Source of the DNA: Actinomycetes bacterium
GTDB taxonomy: Bacteria > Actinomycetota > Acidimicrobiia > Spongiisociales > JAHEDJ01
Direction of reading: 5' to 3'
Length of the DNA stretch: 64,000 nucleotides
NCBI GenBank assembly: GCA_024641245.1
Contig: JAHEDK010000002.1
Location: 167,136 to 231,135 of the forward strand
Positions within the stretch are counted from its first letter, which is position 1. The number at the start of each line of letters is the position of its first letter. The notes beneath the pieces are model-generated. The model was not told the DNA's origin, did not search any database, and saw only the letters and a program-made list of their open reading frames with translations. Positions 61,800 through 64,000 of the stretch are shown here, piece by piece. The position numbers were made by a program, and so were the translations under genes.

Positions 61800-62909
61800 A
61801 TGCGCACCAAGCTGCAAGGGTTCGCTCTGTGGGGGATGCTGTTCTTTGCCGTCGTCGGACTCACGGCCCTGTCGGCCGACCCGGCCTCAGCGCAGGATTC
61901 CGCCGACTCGGAAGTCAACAACTACTGCCTGGGATGCCACGAATCCGGGAACATCATTCTCACGTTCCCGTCGGGGGAGATGCTTCCCGCCGTGGTGCCG
62001 CGTACCGTTTTCGACGCCTCTATCCACGGTCAGGTCGGCCTCACCTGCATCGCCTGTCATACCGATATCGGGCAGTACCCACACGACCCCATGTCGGCCG
62101 TCACCCGGCGAGACCTGGCGATCGAGTTGTACACCACGTGCTTCAACTGCCACGAGAGCGAATACACCGACACGCTCGACAACATGCACACCGAAGCTCT
62201 CGCCGGCGGCAACCGGGAAGCCGCCGTCTGCACCGACTGCCACGGCGCTCACAACGTCACCCACCCCAGCGTCGACACAACGGCCATCCCGCGCACCTGC
62301 CGGAACTGCCACTCCGAGATCTACGACCTGTACGCCGGCAGCATCCACGGTGCCGCCCTACTCGAACACGACAATCAGGACGTTCCAAGCTGCACGAGTT
62401 GTCACGGCGTCCACAGTGTTGAAGGACCCTCGCACTCGCAATTCCACCTGTTCTCACCGAAAATCTGCGAGGACTGCCACGCCGATGAAGCTCTCATGGG
62501 CAAGTACGGGATCAGCACGGCGGTCTTCGACACCTACGTAGCCGATTTCCACGGCACGACGGTCATGCTCTTCGAGGAACTGGCGCCCGACCAGAAGACC
62601 AACTCGCCGGTCTGTATCGACTGCCACGGCGTGCACAACATCCTGGCCGCCAACGAGGTCGACTCGACCGTCTACAAGGAGAACCTGCTCCTCACCTGTC
62701 AGCGGTGCCACCCAGACGCCACCGCCAACTTCCCCGACTCGTGGATGAAGCACTACCAACCGACCTCCGACCAGGCGGTCCTTGTCTGGCTGGTCAATTG
62801 GTTCTACCGACTCGTCATCCCCGGCGTCGTGGGGGGCATGCTCGTCTGGGTGACGATCGACGGCATTCGCCACTTGCAGCATCGACGGAAGGCGGCCGAG
62901 AGTGTCTGA
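61800..62909 (+). CDS. nonahaem cytochrome c with signal peptide and C-terminal TM anchor
   Basis: Nine CXXCH motifs: CLGCH, CIACH, CFNCH, CTDCH, CRNCH, CTSCH, CEDCH, CIDCH, CQRCH. The C-terminal helix is LVIPGVVGGMLVWVTIDGI. Confidence 0.85.
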   Translation: MRTKLQGFALWGMLFFAVVGLTALSADPASAQDSADSEVNNYCLGCHESGNIILTFPSGEMLPAVVPRTVFDASIHGQVGLTCIACHTDIGQYPHDPMSAVTRRDLAIELYTTCFNCHESEYTDTLDNMHTEALAGGNREAAVCTDCHGAHNVTHPSVDTTAIPRTCRNCHSEIYDLYAGSIHGAALLEHDNQDVPSCTSCHGVHSVEGPSHSQFHLFSPKICEDCHADEALMGKYGISTAVFDTYVADFHGTTVMLFEELAPDQKTNSPVCIDCHGVHNILAANEVDSTVYKENLLLTCQRCHPDATANFPDSWMKHYQPTSDQAVLVWLVNWFYRLVIPGVVGGMLVWVTIDGIRHLQHRRKAAESV

Positions 62910-64000
62910 CGTCCTTGAGCGCGCAGCAGTCGACGTCGAACTGGACGATCGGATACTGCGTTTTGGAAAGGCGGATCGCATCGAGCATGCGGTCCAGGTA
63001 ATCAGCTTCGCCGGCCTCGGCCTCACTGGGCTGATCCAGAAGTTCTTCGAGTCGGCGATTTCTCAGTGGTGGATTGAGTTCCTTGGTGGGTTGCCACAGG
63101 TGCGCGTCATTCATCGCTGGCTGGCGACCATCCTCATGCTCGCCGTCATCTGGCACTTCGGTAAAGCCGGATATCGCACGTACGTCGAACGGCGACCGCG
63201 AGCCATGGTCCCGAGCAAGCGCGACTGGATTGCCATCAAGGAATCGATCGCGGTGCTGGCGGGACGGCGTCACGAACCTGTGAAACAAGGTCGATTCACG
63301 TTCGCGGAGAAGGTCGAGTACTGGTCGTTCGTCTGGGGCACCGTCTTGATGATCGCCACCGGCTATATGCTGTGGAACCCGATTTCCACCGCCAAGTTCC
63401 TCCCCGGTGATTTCATCCCGGCCGCCAAAGCGGCACACGGTGGAGAAGCGATCCTGGCTGTGCTGGCCATCCTCGTCTGGCACATCTACCACGTGCACAT
63501 CAAGCATTTCAACAAGAGCATCTTCACCGGCTACATCAGCCGGGCAGAGATGATCGAAGAACATGGCCTCGAACTCGAGGCGATGGAGGCGGGCAAGACC
63601 GGTCCGCAGGCGACACAAGCCGAGATTGTGGAGCGGCGGCGCAAGTTCCTTCCCGCCTTCGGTGTTGTGGCGGTCCTCATGATGGCCGGCATCTACTGGT
63701 TCGTGAGCTTCGAGGATACGTCGATCGCCACCATCGAGCCCATCGAAAACGTGGTGGCATACAAGCCACTGCCTCCTGAACAGCAGAGCGGCCCGGCGCT
63801 TTCTGGTGACAATCCGCTCCCGACCATCGTCATCCCCGACACCACCCTCCCCACCGAGACGACGGTGCCGCAGGGTGAAGTCACATGGGCCACGGTTGGG
63901 CCCGTTCTGGCCGATAGCTGCGGTACGTGCCATTCGGCCTCGAACTCCATGGGCGGGCTCGACCTTTCGTCGTACGAGGGGGCGCTGGGTTCCGAGGGAG
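62902..64000 (+). CDS. FdnI/HydC-type dihaem cytochrome b fused to a C-terminal PSCyt1-like cytochrome c domain; 3' end outside the window; absent from the ORF track
   Basis: My own translation of frame 1 from GTG 62902, which overlaps the nonahaem stop by 8 nt: VSDVLERAAVDVELDDRILRFGKADRIEHAVQVISFAGLGLTGLIQKF...IHRWLATILMLAVIWHF...FTFAEKVEYWSFVWGTVLMIATGYMLW...AAHGGEAILAVLAILVWHIYHVHI...VGPVLADSCGTCHSASNSMGGLDLSSYEGAL. There is no stop up to base 64000. Confidence 0.8.
   Translation, partial: MSDVLERAAVDVELDDRILRFGKADRIEHAVQVISFAGLGLTGLIQKFFESAISQWWIEFLGGLPQVRVIHRWLATILMLAVIWHFGKAGYRTYVERRPRAMVPSKRDWIAIKESIAVLAGRRHEPVKQGRFTFAEKVEYWSFVWGTVLMIATGYMLWNPISTAKFLPGDFIPAAKAAHGGEAILAVLAILVWHIYHVHIKHFNKSIFTGYISRAEMIEEHGLELEAMEAGKTGPQATQAEIVERRRKFLPAFGVVAVLMMAGIYWFVSFEDTSIATIEPIENVVAYKPLPPEQQSGPALSGDNPLPTIVIPDTTLPTETTVPQGEVTWATVGPVLADSCGTCHSASNSMGGLDLSSYEGALGSEG

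Noticed and set aside
62815-63933. 372-aa minus-strand ORF listed in the track
   Set aside because: It is antisense to a clear plus-strand cytochrome b ORF with TM helices, a His pattern and CXXCH. Its own translation is Arg/Gly/Asp/Glu/Pro-rich with no recognisable motif. This is the typical shadow ORF of GC-rich DNA.

Overview
This is a GC-rich, gene-dense bacterial chromosomal window with about 70 credible genes. I found no rRNA, tRNA, CRISPR array, transposase or integrase.

Taxonomy is inference only. Gene content and synteny suggest Actinomycetota, possibly Acidimicrobiia: clpS with DUF2017, glnE, an XRE regulator coupled to an HbhA-like Lys/Ala/Pro-tailed protein, an Ssd/ParA-like protein, and many GTG/TTG starts and ATGA/GTGA overlaps.

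Bases 1-34,000 are housekeeping and accessory genes:
- enzymes and transporters: penicillin-acylase fragment, DUF1684, DUF4389, alpha/beta hydrolase, 2Fe-2S ferredoxin-like protein, EamA transporter, mgtE, class IV aminotransferase, nadE, glnE, M20 amidohydrolase, tyrA, DAHP synthase, epimerase, acyltransferase, MocA-like and XdhC proteins, RNA methyltransferase
- regulators and cell-envelope proteins: ECF sigma with a putative anti-sigma, greA, REC-GGDEF-HD-GYP protein, M23 and M15 peptidases, XRE plus HbhA-like pair, DUF4332, DUF2017 with clpS
- selD, which I re-annotate as a selenocysteine (in-frame TGA) gene with a SECIS-like hairpin

Bases 34,100-64,000 form one continuous haem/respiratory island:
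- An eight-gene operon encodes two different split (b6-type) Rieske/cytochrome b complexes. One has subunit IV fused to eight cytochrome c domains. The other is preceded by a GltD-like FAD/NAD(P)/Fe-S oxidoreductase.
- A complete System I cytochrome c maturation set is present (ccmEDCBA divergent from ccmFH-ccmI-like-ccmG-like).
- There are nine multihaem cytochrome c genes with 5, 10, 6, 11, 10, 10, 8(+1), 9 and at least 1 haem motifs. They sit with an Rrf2 Fe-S regulator and SurA-like, TPR and NHL-propeller proteins.
- A nonahaem cytochrome is coupled to an FdnI-type cytochrome b, resembling a split CbcL-type quinol oxidoreductase. That cytochrome b ORF is absent from the ORF track because it runs off the window.

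I count 79 canonical CXXCH motifs between 35.3 and 64 kb. The most interesting hypothesis is an undescribed multihaem extracytoplasmic electron-transfer system in a probably monoderm high-GC bacterium.

Non-coding oddities include a recurrent REP-like palindrome (TTCTTGCGTCA-N23-25-TGACGCAAGAA) that brackets a DUF559 gene inside the island, a perfect 50-bp direct repeat pair, and several micro-tandem repeats just after stop codons.
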